Part shown: positions 26,901-41,199 of the stretch, piece by piece
Layout: each line of letters begins with the position of its first letter
How positions within the stretch are numbered: position 1 is the stretch's first letter
Assembly: GCF_009914755.1 (NCBI RefSeq)
Contig: NC_060928.1
DNA: 64,000 bases
DNA from: the human T2T-CHM13v2.0 reference genome, Homo sapiens
Direction: 5' to 3' (one strand)
Notes under the pieces: model-generated
Told to the model about the DNA's origin: nothing
The model's input: the letters and a program-made list of their open reading frames with translations, nothing else
Database searches by the model: none
Translations under genes and position numbers: made by a program

Positions 26901-27786
26901 CAGCAACAGTGGCATGGCAGGGTGCACACACACATACAAATTGGCGAGGGAGGGGAGGCGATGTCCATCCCCATGTGTGTGCACTGGCAAAGTGATAAGG
27001 GGTGGCTGTGGGCGAGTGCATGCCAGCAAAGCAGCCTGGAGGAGGCTTCAGTGGGTAAGGCAGTGTGAGTGTGTGTGCTGATGGAAATTGACAGGGCCAC
27101 TCTGCTGTAGCTGATAGTCAGGCCCAGTCCGCTGGTGGGGAACTACAATGAAGGCCCCCAGGAAGCACCCCTGTTGGGCATCTGAGGCTGTACTGCAAGC
27201 AGATGCAACCAAACTGGGGCTCTAGGACAGGCCAGCAGACAGGCGGTTGCTCAGATTGGGCTGGCCCCATCTCACAGGCAAGATCACCCTGCTCTGTCCC
27301 AGGCTGTCAGTCACCCTAAGGCTAAAGTCTCCTAGAGGCACAAGCCAAGCCTTGGGGGATGGGCATCCCTGGCCATGCTCCACTGCACACGTTCCCACAC
27401 CAAACCCTCTGGATTCCACACTGGCTGGAGTCCTGCCCCTACCACCTCTGTAAGCAGCTCTCCCTGCCAGCTCAAGTGTCCATGGAGGTCCTGAGGTCTC
27501 CTGCTGACAGGATTCCAGAGGTCCCCAGTGAGAGCAGGATGCTGATTGCCTGCTGAGCTCACCCCTTCTCCAGGAGTCGCTGTGGGCCAGGAATGAGTCC
27601 CAGTGTGCAGTAGCGCCATGTCGGGTTCCCAGCTTCTTTTCTCTTCAGCCCAGCACCTGTGTCCTCCCTCCATCCACTCTCAATACCTTCCCTCTGAAGA
27701 TGGCTCAGAGTTCACCAGTCTTCCAGATGTCCCAGTCTCTCAGTGGCAGACATTCTTCCTGGCTATGTCTAGTTACCCATCTTGAA
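23979..27786 (-). mobile_element. L1PA15/16-like element: 5'UTR, ORF1 and ORF2 endonuclease, 3'-truncated and pseudogenised
   Basis: ORF fragments ISILTLNVNGLN (24953-25141) and GDFNTPL (24383-24736) are L1 EN motifs. The GC-rich 5'UTR ends (minus strand) at CAAGATGGGTAACTAGACATAGCCAGGAAG. Confidence 0.92.
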
Positions 27787-27938
27787 TATTGAAATTCACT
27801 TTATATTAGTTAGAAGTGAAGAGAATAGGTAGCTTTGTGACAAGTACACACTAATAATAAGAAAGCTGAAGAGATTATACTAATATCAGTCATAGAAGGC
27901 TATAAGGGAAGGGGTATTACAAGAGATATGGGTGAATA

Positions 27939-28090
27939 TAGTCATGTGACATTTAACTGCAGGGATATTTTCTGAAAGATGCTTGGTTAGGATTTCATCA
28001 TTGTGTGAGCATCACAGAGTATACTTCCACCAGCCTAGACAGTATAACCTACTACACACTTAGGCCATATGGTTAGTCACCACACTATAT
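27939..28090 (+). mobile_element. Tigger3/MER7-like left end
   Basis: TAGTCATGTGACATTTAACTGCAGGGATATTTTCTGAAAGATGC...CCTAGACAGTATAACCTACTACACACTTAGGC. Confidence 0.7.
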
Positions 28091-28094
28091 GGAT

Positions 28095-28238
28095 ACTATT
28101 TAATAGTTGTTATACTGTGTTTTTAAATGTGCTGTTTTTATTGTTGTATTGTTATTTTTTACTCTTCTTCCTGAATATTTTCTATCCAACATTGTTTGAA
28201 TTGTGGATGTGGAACCCTTGCATACTGAGGGCTGACTG
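28095..28238 (+). mobile_element. MER2 (Tigger family) right end
   Basis: GAATATTTTCTATCC...GGATGTGGAACCC...GAGGGCTGACTG followed by TA. Confidence 0.7.
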
Positions 28239-28650
28239 TATGTAACTTCACCTCAATTAAATGAGTGATTCATCTGGTAAAATAGTAAAGCTATTTTTCA
28301 CAAGCTTGAACAAGCAAGAATTTGGATTTGATGGATCTTTGTATAAATTGGGCTTTATATTTTGGCTATTTTTCCTAGTATTAACAGCAAGTTTCTCACT
28401 TAATTTATTTAGACTGTCATTAAACTCTATTTGGCCCTCTAAGTGCAATATATAAAAATGCACTGGTTCTTTCTTGTGTTTTCATGATCATCAATGTATG
28501 ATTTCATATACATGTGCCTCTCTCTTGACACAGCTCTCTCCACTCCAACTCAGTTGGGCTCTGATAGCTGATTTACACTGATGAAACACATGACGAGATT
28601 TCCTAGGCTTCAAAGTATCTTTTGTTTTAATTGTTTTCACTTCAAACTAA

Positions 28651-29004
<354 letters not shown>

Positions 29005-29799
29005 TAAAGTTAAATCTTTATTTGCTCACATGATCCAGTTTGTTTGAACACATATACAATATCAGTTTTAATTCAAAGATCTTAAGAGAAAATATATATA
29101 CTTTTTAATACTGGTTTTTCCTAATGCCTAGAGATAAATATATATTTGCCTTATCAAAGGAAGTAATCTGAAACAATAACAGTGTTATTAGTCTTTATGC
29201 AAGTTTTAAAAATGCTTTGGTCATTTACTTTGAAATGCTTTAATAGAGTGTGTATAAGGCAACAGGACAGTCATCTAATCAGTGAAATTTCATTATTTTA
29301 TAAATTAATAATTTACACTAATAGATACATTTTCAATAAACATGGCATTGTACAATTCAAACTTGCTTCGTAGCCCAGGGACATAACCCCAGAAATTACA
29401 ATGCAATAGGGGACAGGACAAATAGGGAGTTTTGTTCAGAAGAGCAAGATAGAGTTTACAGACACTTGGAACCAGTCTCTATCTTAGACACAGTAGAGAA
29501 GTTGAAAGTAGCTTCTAGTGTTTGTTTCAAAATATTGAATACAACACATCTGAGTTAAGATAAGCTATATTTAAGTTCTCCAAATGCTTGAGCATATGCT
29601 CTTCTCATCTAGGAAATCATTTGAACAATGTTAAAATGAGCTCATGAATTTAACTTTTTAGTTCCTTTTCTCTGTTTCAAAGTATCTCGATGAAATGAGT
29701 TCTAAGTGGGAGAAAACAATTTCTGATGCCAATTGTATTTCATCTTGTATACCACGCTCTTCAGTATAGTATAACGGCATAGATGTCTAACAAGTATTC

Positions 29800-29981
29800 C
29801 AATGACTGACTTTTCAATTTGGCTGCAGGCTGAACACCCCTGGGTAGTTTAGAATAATCTAGATGTCTCAGTTCCACCTTCAGAAATTCTGATTTAATTG
29901 GTAAGAGGTGCAGCATGGACATCAGGGTCTTTAAAAACTTCCTGGGTGATTTTAATGTGCAGCAAAATTTGAGAACCATTG
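29800..29981. mobile_element. MER5-family hAT MITE
   Basis: TTCTGATTTAATTGG...CCTGGGTGATTTTAATGTGCAGCAAAATTTGAGAACCATTG. Confidence 0.75.
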
Positions 29982-30672
29982 CTTCAAAAAGTAAGAGGTA
30001 AATGTTTACAGGAGGGGTAATTTCTTCTGTGTTGCAATTCTGGAATTATCAGAATAGTCTTAATGGAAAATGTGACAAACTGTATTGTTAAGGGAGAGGG
30101 TTCAGGGGCAGAGAACAGAAGTTATTCTACCAAGTTTAAGTAGAAATGAATGTATTTTGGAATATTAAATGGCTTATATATCATTGGGAAGGCTGAGGAA
30201 ATCAATGGTAAGATGAGCTTTTAGAAACGACTTTGGGAGCCATGATTCTGAATTGAGCCATTAAGGGAGCTGCTACTAAGTTGTGAAGTTACTGCTACAG
30301 TTGCCAACTCCCAAAACATACCACCATTCCCAGGACCAGGGAATGGCACCCTCAGGAAGTGGCCAAACCACGACAGAACACGTAGGCACTTCAACGATGA
30401 GATTGAAAAATGCAGAAAAGTTTTCTCTCATCTACTCCCCCTGCCCTATCACACAGGGTGGTTTGTTGAGAATCAGAAAGTGAAAAGAAACTAAAGTTCA
30501 CATGCTTTTGTGGGAGTCCAGGTGGGAGACAGAAGATGAAAACCTGAACTAAAGCAGTAGCCAAGACGACAGAGCGGAAGATACAGAATCTTGAGATCAT
30601 TAAAAATAAAATTGATAGGACATGGTATCCAGTTGGCTTTACAGAGAGAAAGGTATCAGAAATGATTTTGAA

Positions 30673-31874
30673 ACATACAAGCAGCCAACAAACACATGAA
30701 AAAAAGTTCCACATCGCTAATCATCACAGAAATGCAAATCAAAACCACAATGAGATACCATCTCACACCAGTCGGAATGGCAATTATTAAAAAGTAAAAG
30801 CAAAAAACAAAACATGAACCAAAAAAGAGATGCTGGCAAGGCTGCAGGGAAACAAGAACGTTTATATGATATAGGTAGGAATGTAAATTAGTTTAGACAC
30901 TGTGGAAAGCAGTTTGGAGATTTCTCAAAGAATTTAAACCAGAACTATTTGACCCAGCAGTCTCATTACTGGGTATATATCCAAAAGAAAATAAATCATT
31001 CTACCAAAAAGACACATGTACTTTCACGTTCATTGCAGCACTATTCACAATAGCAGACATGGAATCAACCCAAGTACCCATCAATAGTAGGTTGGATAAA
31101 GAAAATGTGGTACATATACACCATGGAATACTACACAGCCATAAAAAAGAACAAAATTGTGTCTTTTGCAGTAACATGATGTAGCTGGAGGCCATTATCC
31201 CAAGTAACTTAATGCAGGAAGAGAAAATTAAATACTGCATGTTCTCACACATAAGTGGAAGCTAAATATTGGGTACTCATGGACACAGAGATGAGAAAAA
31301 TAGACACTGGGGACTACTAGAGCGGGGAGATAGGGTGAGGAGTGAGGCTTGAAAAACTATTGAGTACTATCTTCACTACCTGGGTGATGAGATCAGTTTT
31401 ACCCCAAACATCAGCAATAGGCAATATACCTGATATGGTTTGGCTGTGTCTCCACCCAAATCTCATCTTGAATTGTAGCTCACATAATTCCCTTGTGTTG
31501 TGGGAGGGACCCAGTGGGAGATAATTGAATCATGGGGGTAGTTTCCCCTATACTGTTCTCGTGGTAGTGAAAAAATCTCACAAGATCTGATGGTTTTATA
31601 AGGGGAAACCCCTTTCGCTTGTCTCTCATTCTTCTCTTGTCTGCCACCATGTGAGATGTGCCTTTTACCTTCCGTTATGATTGTGAGGCCTCCCCAGTCA
31701 CGTGGAACTGTGAGTCCATTAAACCTTTTTCTTTTGTAAATTGCCCAGTCTCGTGTGTGTCTTTATCAGCAGCATGAAAACAGATTAATACAATACCCAA
31801 GTAATAAACCTGTATATGTACTCCCTGAATCTAAAATAAAAGTTAAAATTACAAAAAATATTTTAAAATTTTAA
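30673..31874 (+). mobile_element. 5'-truncated L1 (L1PA16/L1PB-like) 3' region
   Basis: ATGCAAATCAAAACCACAATGAGATACCATCTCACACCAG through AATAAAAG. 13-bp TSD AAATGATTTTGAA (30660-30672 / 31875-31887). Confidence 0.92.
31431..31792 (+). mobile_element. THE1 solo LTR (THE1B/C-like) nested in L1
   Basis: TGATATGGTTTGGCTGTG...AATACA; perfect TSD ATACC. Confidence 0.95.
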
Positions 31875-32229
31875 AAATGATTTTGAAGATAATTGGATAA
31901 ATGCTTGTGCTATATACTGCCATCTATTGACATGTATAGATGGGAAATACAAATCGAGGAACAGGCTAAGACAAGGGTGGGTGGAGAAGAAAGAACAAAT
32001 GAAGTGCACATGTGTTCACCCTGGAGTCATATCCAAGTGCTGAATATCAGTTGAATAAGCAGTTAATATTATGGTTCTGGGGCTCGAGACATTCAGGTTT
32101 AGAGAAACTGATTGGCAAGTCAGTGAATCGTTGGGTGTAGATGTTTTGTCCATGAGAGATGATTTAAGGAATGTGCCAAAAAATGGTGGTCAGAACGAAG
32201 GAGAATTGGACTGGAATAAGATGGTAGAT

Positions 32230-32440
32230 GGACCCATATGGCTCAGCAGATGTAGGGCTATAAATCAGAATACCTGGTTTCAATTCTCAATTCCATCATT
32301 TTCATGGACCAGTCATTTAAACTCACTGAACTCCACCCAGTTTCTTTCTGTAAGGAGTAGATAGTATTTGTGCTGTTTATCTTAAGTATTTTGGTAGGGC
32401 TCAAACACGAAGACTTATGAGAAAGCAATTGAAAACTTGC
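32230..32440 (+). mobile_element. MIR
   Basis: Degenerate MIR core (CCTGGTTTCAATTCTC...CAGTTTCTTTCTGTAA). Confidence 0.5.
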
Positions 32441-33289
32441 TAAAGAAAGCTGATAGAATGAACTTGATTTTGCATTTTAAACTTTATTTCAAGCTGGTGA
32501 GGTTAGATGGTCAGGGAAACTGAGGAAGAGAACAAAGATGGGAGAACTGCATTCACCCATCATTTTGGTCATTGAGAAGAGACAGACAGGAAGGAAAGGA
32601 GGCCCTAATCTTATTGCCTGAGAGCTCAACTACACACCTTTCATCCTCCTGGCAGGTGGATCGCACATCTTCCATTGAGCATAGTCTCATTTACACGCAG
32701 TTTTGCACATATGGATGCTGCTGCTACTCCCCTGCGAAAACGTTTCCAAAGCCACTAATAAAAAGGTAACTCGCTATGTGCTATGAGAGATGACAAGCGC
32801 ACCTTGGGATGAATGATGGGTAAAGAATTGTCATTTCTCTTCTCAAAATCAGGCTATCATCTGCTCATGTGGCTTGGCACCTGTGGCTTGTTAGCAATTA
32901 CGTTGCGGAAGCCAACCCATTCAAAGTTTCCCCTGCAGAGGAGTTTTAGGCTGTTGCCTTCCTTCCATCTGTCTCTACATGGTTTCAGAGCACTCCAATA
33001 CGTTATTTGAGAAGCTTTAAAATCCATTTTCTTTTTCTAACCTTTTCTCTCATTTTATTTTTAAGTGTGATTTTATTATCCTTTAATTCAGGGTTTAAAA
33101 AGGAATGGGAATATTAATCCCTTTGGGTGTGATTATTTTGGTTAAAGTGGGACTTAGTTTTGGAATAAATGATTTGATATTGATTCATATTAGACATGGT
33201 ACTTGTACTTCAAAAATGATTCAAAGTTACTAACACCACAACAAGGCCTTGCATGTCTCAAGGTTGTAGAACAGGTTGGTTTTTTATGT

Positions 33290-33470
33290 GATATTAACAA
33301 TAATAACAAAAACTTATTTTTTCCTTAAAATACGCTAGGCAGTGTTTCAAACACTTTACATGAGTTACCCACTTTAATTCTCATTATACTGCTATGTTTA
33401 TCCCCATTTTACATTTTAGAAAACTGAGGCGCAGGAAGTTAAATAATTTACTTATTTGTTACATATAATA
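33290..33470 (-). mobile_element. MIR
   Basis: TATCCCCATTTTACATTTTAGAAAACTGAGGCGCAGGAAGTTAAATAA. Confidence 0.75.
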
Positions 33471-33689
33471 TAAATATTAACACTTTACAAAAATTCAAAC
33501 ATTCCTACAAATTGTCAACTTACTCTCTCTAAATCGCAATATTGATTTTGCCATTCTCTACCCAAGAAATCTTTAATAAATATCCTGTGTCTATCAAATT
33601 AAGTGCAAATATCCTATCCTAACATGCAAGAGCTCTCAAATTGTGATCCTAATTTCCTTCTCCAGCTCTGTTTTACAGGAATTCCCTAA

Positions 33690-33904
33690 CAATGGTCCTC
33701 AATCAGGGATGATTTTGCCACCTGGGGGATATATGGCGCTGTCTAGAGACATTTCGGGCTGTCATGACTTGGGAGTTTAATGGCATGAAGTAGGAAGAAG
33801 TCAGGGATGCTGCTAAACACCCTAAACTGCAAATGACAGTCCTCCCTCACAACAAAGAATTATCCAGTTCAAATCATCAAGAATACTGAGGTTGAGAAAC
33901 CCTG
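33690..33904 (+). mobile_element. MER20 (hAT-Charlie)
   Basis: CAATGGTCCTCAA...CAGGGATGCTGCTAAACACCCTA...GAGGTTGAGAAACCCTG; about 215 bp. Confidence 0.88.
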
Positions 33905-33977
33905 CCCTAACCTGTTCAATCAAACCGGACAACTTGTGGTTCTTTAAATAGCCTTTGTATGTTTCATCTTTGTAGCT

Positions 33978-33982
<5 letters not shown>

Positions 33983-34008
<26 letters not shown>

Positions 34009-34291
34009 CAGAGACAAGGTATTGTATTGCCCAGGCTGGAGCGCAGTGGCACAGTCATAGCTCATTGCAACCTTGAACTCATGGGCTCAAGCAATCCTCA
34101 TGCCTCAGCCTCCTGAGTAGTTGGGACTACAGGCATGCACCACCACCATGCTTGGCTAGTTTTTTTGTTTGTTTGTGGAGACGGGGCCTCGCTCTGTTGC
34201 CCAGGCTTCTCTTAAACTCCTGGCCTAGCAGTCCTCCCACCTCAGCCTCCCCAAATCCTAGGTTTACAGAAGGGAGCCACCATGTCTGACC
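33983..34291 (-). mobile_element. Alu (AluJ)
   Basis: Long poly-T; J features CATAGCTCATTGCAACCTTGAACTCATGGGCTCAAG. Confidence 0.92.
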
Positions 34292-35010
34292 AGCTTTCCT
34301 TCATTTTATTCCTTCACTAAACATTCACAGAGTACCTACTACATGCCAGCCCCTATTATGTATAAGACATGATCCTTCATCTCCCACTGACCTGGCTTCC
34401 TATCCTTGTTCCCCTCCTATATCAAAACCCTGCCTGGTAGTTTGTGACATAAACCTACACACGAAAGTGCGTATCACTTATATATACATACTTCTATTAA
34501 AATCAATAGTAAAATTAAACCAAACAAAATCCTGCATGTACTTCAAGGCTCCTCTCAAATGCCGTTTCCTTCATGAGCTATATCTTTGCTCTTTCATAGT
34601 AGCTTTTTAAAATAAAATATGAGAGTCTTGATATTAAATGGAAATTGATAAAACTTGTTCCTATATGATGGATTTAATATGAATATTTAAGTACCATTTT
34701 TCCACTGCAGAAGTGTTAAAAAATCTTCTCAAGCTTGTATGTCTCAATGTTGTAGAAGCAGCTTAATTTTTATTCCCAGTAAGTCTTTTTTTAAATCAAA
34801 GTTTTGGAAGTGAAAGTAGTAAGTCATTGAAGTTCTAGTCAGCACTTTGTAGCATTTGAAGAGGAGGGTGTAAAAGGCTGTGCGAAAAGGCTAGCATCCA
34901 TTGGTTTGCACCATGTTTCATTTTGGCAATAAAATTTAAAAAAATAAATTTAATAAGAATTTATTGAGTGCCACTATGAGTTAGACACTGTGTTAGATAC
35001 TGGAATTTAG

Positions 35011-35378
<368 letters not shown>

Positions 35379-36960
35379 TCAAAATGTTTTATCATAGAAA
35401 TAGAGAAATTCTTTACACAGATAAACATTCTGATGACCAGGTAAATGTAGAGGTGATAAGAAGTGTAAGTAATGAGGCATTGCTTCATCCTAGCTCTATA
35501 GAAGAACCTTAAGGAGAGGAAACTAGGAATGCATGAATTATTAAGGACCTTAGCAATGACAGCGTATAGTAGTAAATAGACAAGAGTAAATGGAAATGAC
35601 TTGCACAGTTAAGTGTTCTATATTTAAAGGGATGATTCCATATTTGAACAATATAGTCTGCCACTCTGAAAATATTTCTTAATGTGCCGAAACCTCTCTA
35701 TTTTAGCATGTTACCAAGATTAGAGTTGTGAATGCATATGACACATATCCAGGAAGTTTTGGCCCCCTACTCTGGTTCAGGCACCAGATTTATGGTAAGT
35801 AACTTCTGCTATCTTGGTCAGACTTAAGTCATTGAAATTTGCCTTTTGGATGCACAGTCTTACAGTTTCAATGTAAAAAATTACAAAAAAATGGCGTTCT
35901 TTATAGGCAGATTATGTAAATGATACATGAGTCAAATTGTGTTCATCAAGTACCACAAGACAGGTGTTGGTGCCCTTTAAACTGTGTCTGTCTTGGGATA
36001 ATTTTCTCCATACATAGCTGTCCCTGTGGTTGTTTGCCTGTCATAAACAGCCAAGGTGAGGCTGCTTCAGTGGGGCTGGAGGCTTGAGTATAGCAAAGTT
36101 TGAGAATCACTGTGCTATAGATGTTGATTTCATAGATAGCCTGTGCCATCCCAGCCGTGCCCAAGTCCTTCTCCAATGCCCTTTCACTGCCTTGGACCTA
36201 AAGCCATGAGTACTCATGGTAAATGATTTCAGTTCTAGTAGTTCACTGCAGATTATATACATTTCATCAAGTTAAGTAGTGAGGAATCCTTGCAGTCTAA
36301 AAGGGGTGCTGCATGAGCTTACTGTGGAAAATCATCAGGGCCTGGTAAATCATTCAATCCTTTTGGACCACGGAATCCAAGGCTTTCCTTCTCCCTTAAC
36401 ATCAGGAATCCCATCATATCTCATGCTATGTGGAAATTTGCAGACTACTTCAGACCCAAAGAAAGAGGGAAATCTCCCCTGGCTGGTCTTTAAGAGGGCC
36501 TTGACATAGATGTACTTAAAGCACATGAACAAAAGCAGAGACACCTAAGATGAATTTTGTAGAGCAAATCCAAAAGAGAGACAACTCTACATTTACTGCT
36601 GATGATGGAACCTCTGAATAGCCTTGTTATGTGCCCTTGAATACATTGTGCTGCATATTACAGTCCTCACTGTTGCGACTTCCACTTCACTGGGCAACAT
36701 GGGTTGTATATGATGGTGGACTAGGGTGTGTGGCTAACACATGCAGTTACTGAGCTGGTATTTTCAAAGTCCAAAACTGTTTTATAACATTGCCTATTTT
36801 GCCATTGGCTTGCTCATCAGCTTCAGAAGTAAGCATTTCAAGTAAATGTTGAAAGAGTTTATTATTTGTGTGAAATCTAACAAGGACTGCCAGTGACTGC
36901 CTGGTGTTGTTAACCAAAAAAGCCCAATATTCTCAGACAATGCCACCTGTAGTGGCATTT

Positions 36961-37329
36961 TGTATTTGTCCATTCTCACACTGCTATAATGATACTACTT
37001 GAGACTGGGTAATTTATAAACAAGAGAGGTTTTGATTGACTCACAGTTCTGCACGTCTGGGGAGGCCTCAGGAAACTTACAATCATTGCAGAAGGTGAAG
37101 GGAAAGCAAGGCACATCTTACATGATGACAGGAGAGAGAGGGCGCAGGGAAAACTGCTGCTTTTAAAACCATCAGATCTCGTGAGAACTTCTTCACTGCC
37201 ACAAGACGGCATGGGGGAAACCACCCCGATGATCCATGCACCTCCCACTAGGTCCCTCCCACGTCATCCCACGTGGGGATTACAATTGGAGATGAGATTT
37301 GGGTGGGGACACAGAGCCAAACCATATCA
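36961..37329 (-). mobile_element. MaLR solo LTR (THE1D-like)
   Basis: TGTATT...CCAAACCATATCA; TSD CATTT/CATCT. Confidence 0.92.
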
Positions 37330-38589
37330 CATCTTTTTTTGATTTCATAGATCCCCTGAAAACCATCATAAAGTGGCTCCTAAAATTCAAGGCCTTAGGC
37401 ATTTGTCAAAAGAACTTCATGTATGTGATGAGGACAGTTTCTGCTGAATTTTTAAACACAGTTCATGGGACTTCCTATAGTCAGAATGAGTGTCATGCTG
37501 AGATCTTTTTTTTTTCTTGAATAAGTTTAGAGCTGGCATGGTAGTTAATGAGAACACTTAAGCATGCACAACAACGCGGGAGTTAATGTCTCTGGCTGAC
37601 ATTATTTCCTACCGCGCTGAATATGGCAGGAATGAAAAATCATGTTTGCTACTTCTACAGAAGGTTTATCAGGGAAGGAAAGTATTATAGGGGAAAAAAT
37701 CAGATTCCCACTGTGAATTTCTTAAATTAATTTTATAATATATATTGCTCTAATTTGGAATATTTGGAAAGGACTTAAGATGTTGTCTGTGATTCATTGC
37801 ATGAAGTCCAATGAAGCCATTTTCTGATCATTGTATCCTACCTGCTTGTTAAATCTCAGCTGAAGGACACCTGACACTCTGTAGTCAATTCTCTTTGAGC
37901 ATGAAGACTTGAAAGAAGAACTTGTCACAAAACACAAGGTCTCTTTCTGTACTGCCTGGTCTCAGTGAGATGCTGTAAATAAAACATAGGTGAACTAAAA
38001 CACAGGTAGACAGGTCTTTGGAGATGATCTGGAAGAAATATGGATAAACAAAGAATTGCTTCTGGGGAGCCTGGCAGGACACATCACCCCACCTTGTCCT
38101 AAGTATAACCCATAAGGAAGTTACTTGTAGTTACACACTAGGTGCAGGGAAGCAATCTCATAGAAGAGATCATGTTTTGGGAACTTACCACATTGCTCTT
38201 CCTGCAACCCCTGAGATAAAATGTTTATACAAAACAAAGCAAAAACATGTGTAAACAACTTATAGGATGCATGGTGTGCAGTCAAGGCAAATGTTAACCA
38301 GGACTTTATTTTGCTTTAGGTAGTAGAAAAAAGGTATGATTGCAAGGTTCCTGGTCCTTGGAAACTCTAGGTTCTGACTAATGTGTGCTCATATCCATGA
38401 CAAAAAGTCTCATTTAAGTCTAGAATGCTGCTCTCTAACTCCTCATAGTTCCCAATGTTCTTTTCTAAGCATTCTCTAGTCTGAAAATGTTAAATCTTAC
38501 AAGATTTATCTCTCCAGTTTTGCTCAAGTTCTTTTTTGAAAACAATCCATTAATTGGTATTTGATTATTCATGAGAGTGCTGCAATCTT

Positions 38590-38730
38590 AAAGCCATGTG
38601 ACCCTGTCCACCTCCTTGTCTGTTACAATGGGTATACTTGCTTCTCAGAGTTGTGAGAATTAAATAAGTTAATGTATGCAAAGCTCTTAGATAATATCTG
38701 GAACAGAGTGAGTAATCAATAAGTGTTAGG
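38590..38730 (+). mobile_element. MIR fragment
   Basis: CAGAGTTGTGAGAATTAAATAAGTTAATGTATGCAAAGCTCTTAG. Confidence 0.7.
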
Positions 38731-39313
38731 GCAAACCAGGACAAGATAAAGACTATTCAACAATTATATCAAAGGTCCCCAATACATCTAGATTCTCAGT
38801 GAAACCCATTAGAATTTGTCTTGCTGTTTTCTAAATTGAAAGGCAGGCATGGTAAAGTATATTTCTCTAAGATCTCTTGCTTAATTTCCTTTAGATCTAT
38901 CTTGATAGCCACCATAGTTTATTGGTCAAAGCTTCTTTTCATGGCAAGTCACATTGTACTTAACAAAAGTGAGGGGTACAAACTGTTTTTTTGCATCTAT
39001 GAGTTGTTGGCTTTTTGTGTTCATTATTTGTCAACGAGCAAGGTGAAATAAAGGACACAATACCTAGAGTCATCTCTTGACCTGAAAAAACTACATTGAC
39101 CTTGACCTTTTACCCCAGTGAAAGACAACTGTGGAATGAACATAAGTGTGGCAAGCCCCCTCCAGGAAGTGGTCTTCCCTGGGTCTTCATGACACCAGAA
39201 TTGATCATATCAACATAGACAAACCTCCTCCCACCTTCAGGTTCCCTCTAAGCCAGGGAGTGAGAGATTTCTCTCATATTATTTTCCATTGATTGTTTCA
39301 GAAGTGATTTGGA

Positions 39314-39637
<324 letters not shown>

Positions 39638-40456
39638 TTACCTAGAATTGCAAATTGGGAGTCGATGTAGAGCACTGTGAATTCCTTGGGGCTGAGGTTC
39701 ACCGAGTAGGCTTGTTTTGAATTTGAATAACGTGGAAATGTCACTCCTGTAAATTCAGGTGGCTTGCTGACTGGCTGGACTTGCCCCTACGTGAGAGAGG
39801 AGTCAGCAATACCTGTTAAGGATCTCATTTTCATGGAGGATTTTTGTTTGTTTGTTTAGTGGAGTTCTGTAATTCATTTCCAAAAGCACCCAAATAGTTT
39901 AAATTTTTATAAGTTTTGCATGCACCGATCACATCCCTTGAATTGCTAAGTAAGGAAGGCAGGGAGGACTGAAGGGAAATTTTCTTGTGAATACAGTGTC
40001 TGTGGCTGGATTAACATTTTTCTGCTCAAATTGCATGTCCTTTTAGCTCCCAGAAGGTCCCAATTAGGCCTGACACAAGCCATCACAATGCCCATGCTCT
40101 CTGTAACAACCACATTAAGCTCAGTGGGTGCTGGGTGAGTTTTAAAGTAGGTTTTTCAACTGGTATGGGTGGACAGGTTCCCATCTCACCACCTCCATTC
40201 CTTCCCCCAGCCCACTGCATTATATTTCCTCTTACAACATCCTACTTAGGAATATGCTAGCTCCAGACACAGCTGTTGCTTATTTGTCGGCGACTGAATA
40301 AGCCTGATCACAGAAGACCATCCTGATGGGATGAGAAGAATCACAGTGAACATCACAGACTTTGTGAAACAAGTCAGAAGTTATGAGAAAATGGCCACTG
40401 GAAATTTCACATTTTAAGTGCATCCAAGTATAATTCAAATAGCTCAAATCTGATGA

Positions 40457-40810
<354 letters not shown>

Positions 40811-41199
40811 AAAAAGAAAATAATACTATTCATGAAGACATTGGGTTGCCTACATGGTACCAGAAATATTCTTGCTCCACTGATATCCCCCTTCTGGATA
40901 TTTGTTATTTTGCCATTTGGGATGTGCACAGAAATGCATATAAACACACAGAACAATCCAATTGCTAAGATTCTCCACCATGGATTCTTCACAAATCAAG
41001 ATAAACTTCTCATTTCTTCATTTATTTTTACAATCCTTTACTGAACTCTTATTAAATGGCAGACTGTTCTGGTTCCTGGGGATACAGCTCTCTCTCATTC
41101 TCTCTCTCTCTGTACTTACTTACTTAATTTATTTATGTATTTATTTTACTAAATTAAGAGGGTATATAACTGAACAAGCTCTCATGATGCCTCCCTTTT

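Larger units (their letters stand above)
30490..32220 (-). mobile_element. L2 fragment interrupted by L1 (30673-31874)
   Basis: L2-like purine-rich sequence on both sides of the L1 TSD. Confidence 0.55.

Noticed and set aside
26388-27785. GC-rich region with many overlapping ORFs, resembling a promoter or exon
   Set aside because: It is the L1 5'UTR; CpG-depleted, with TG/CA-rich decay.
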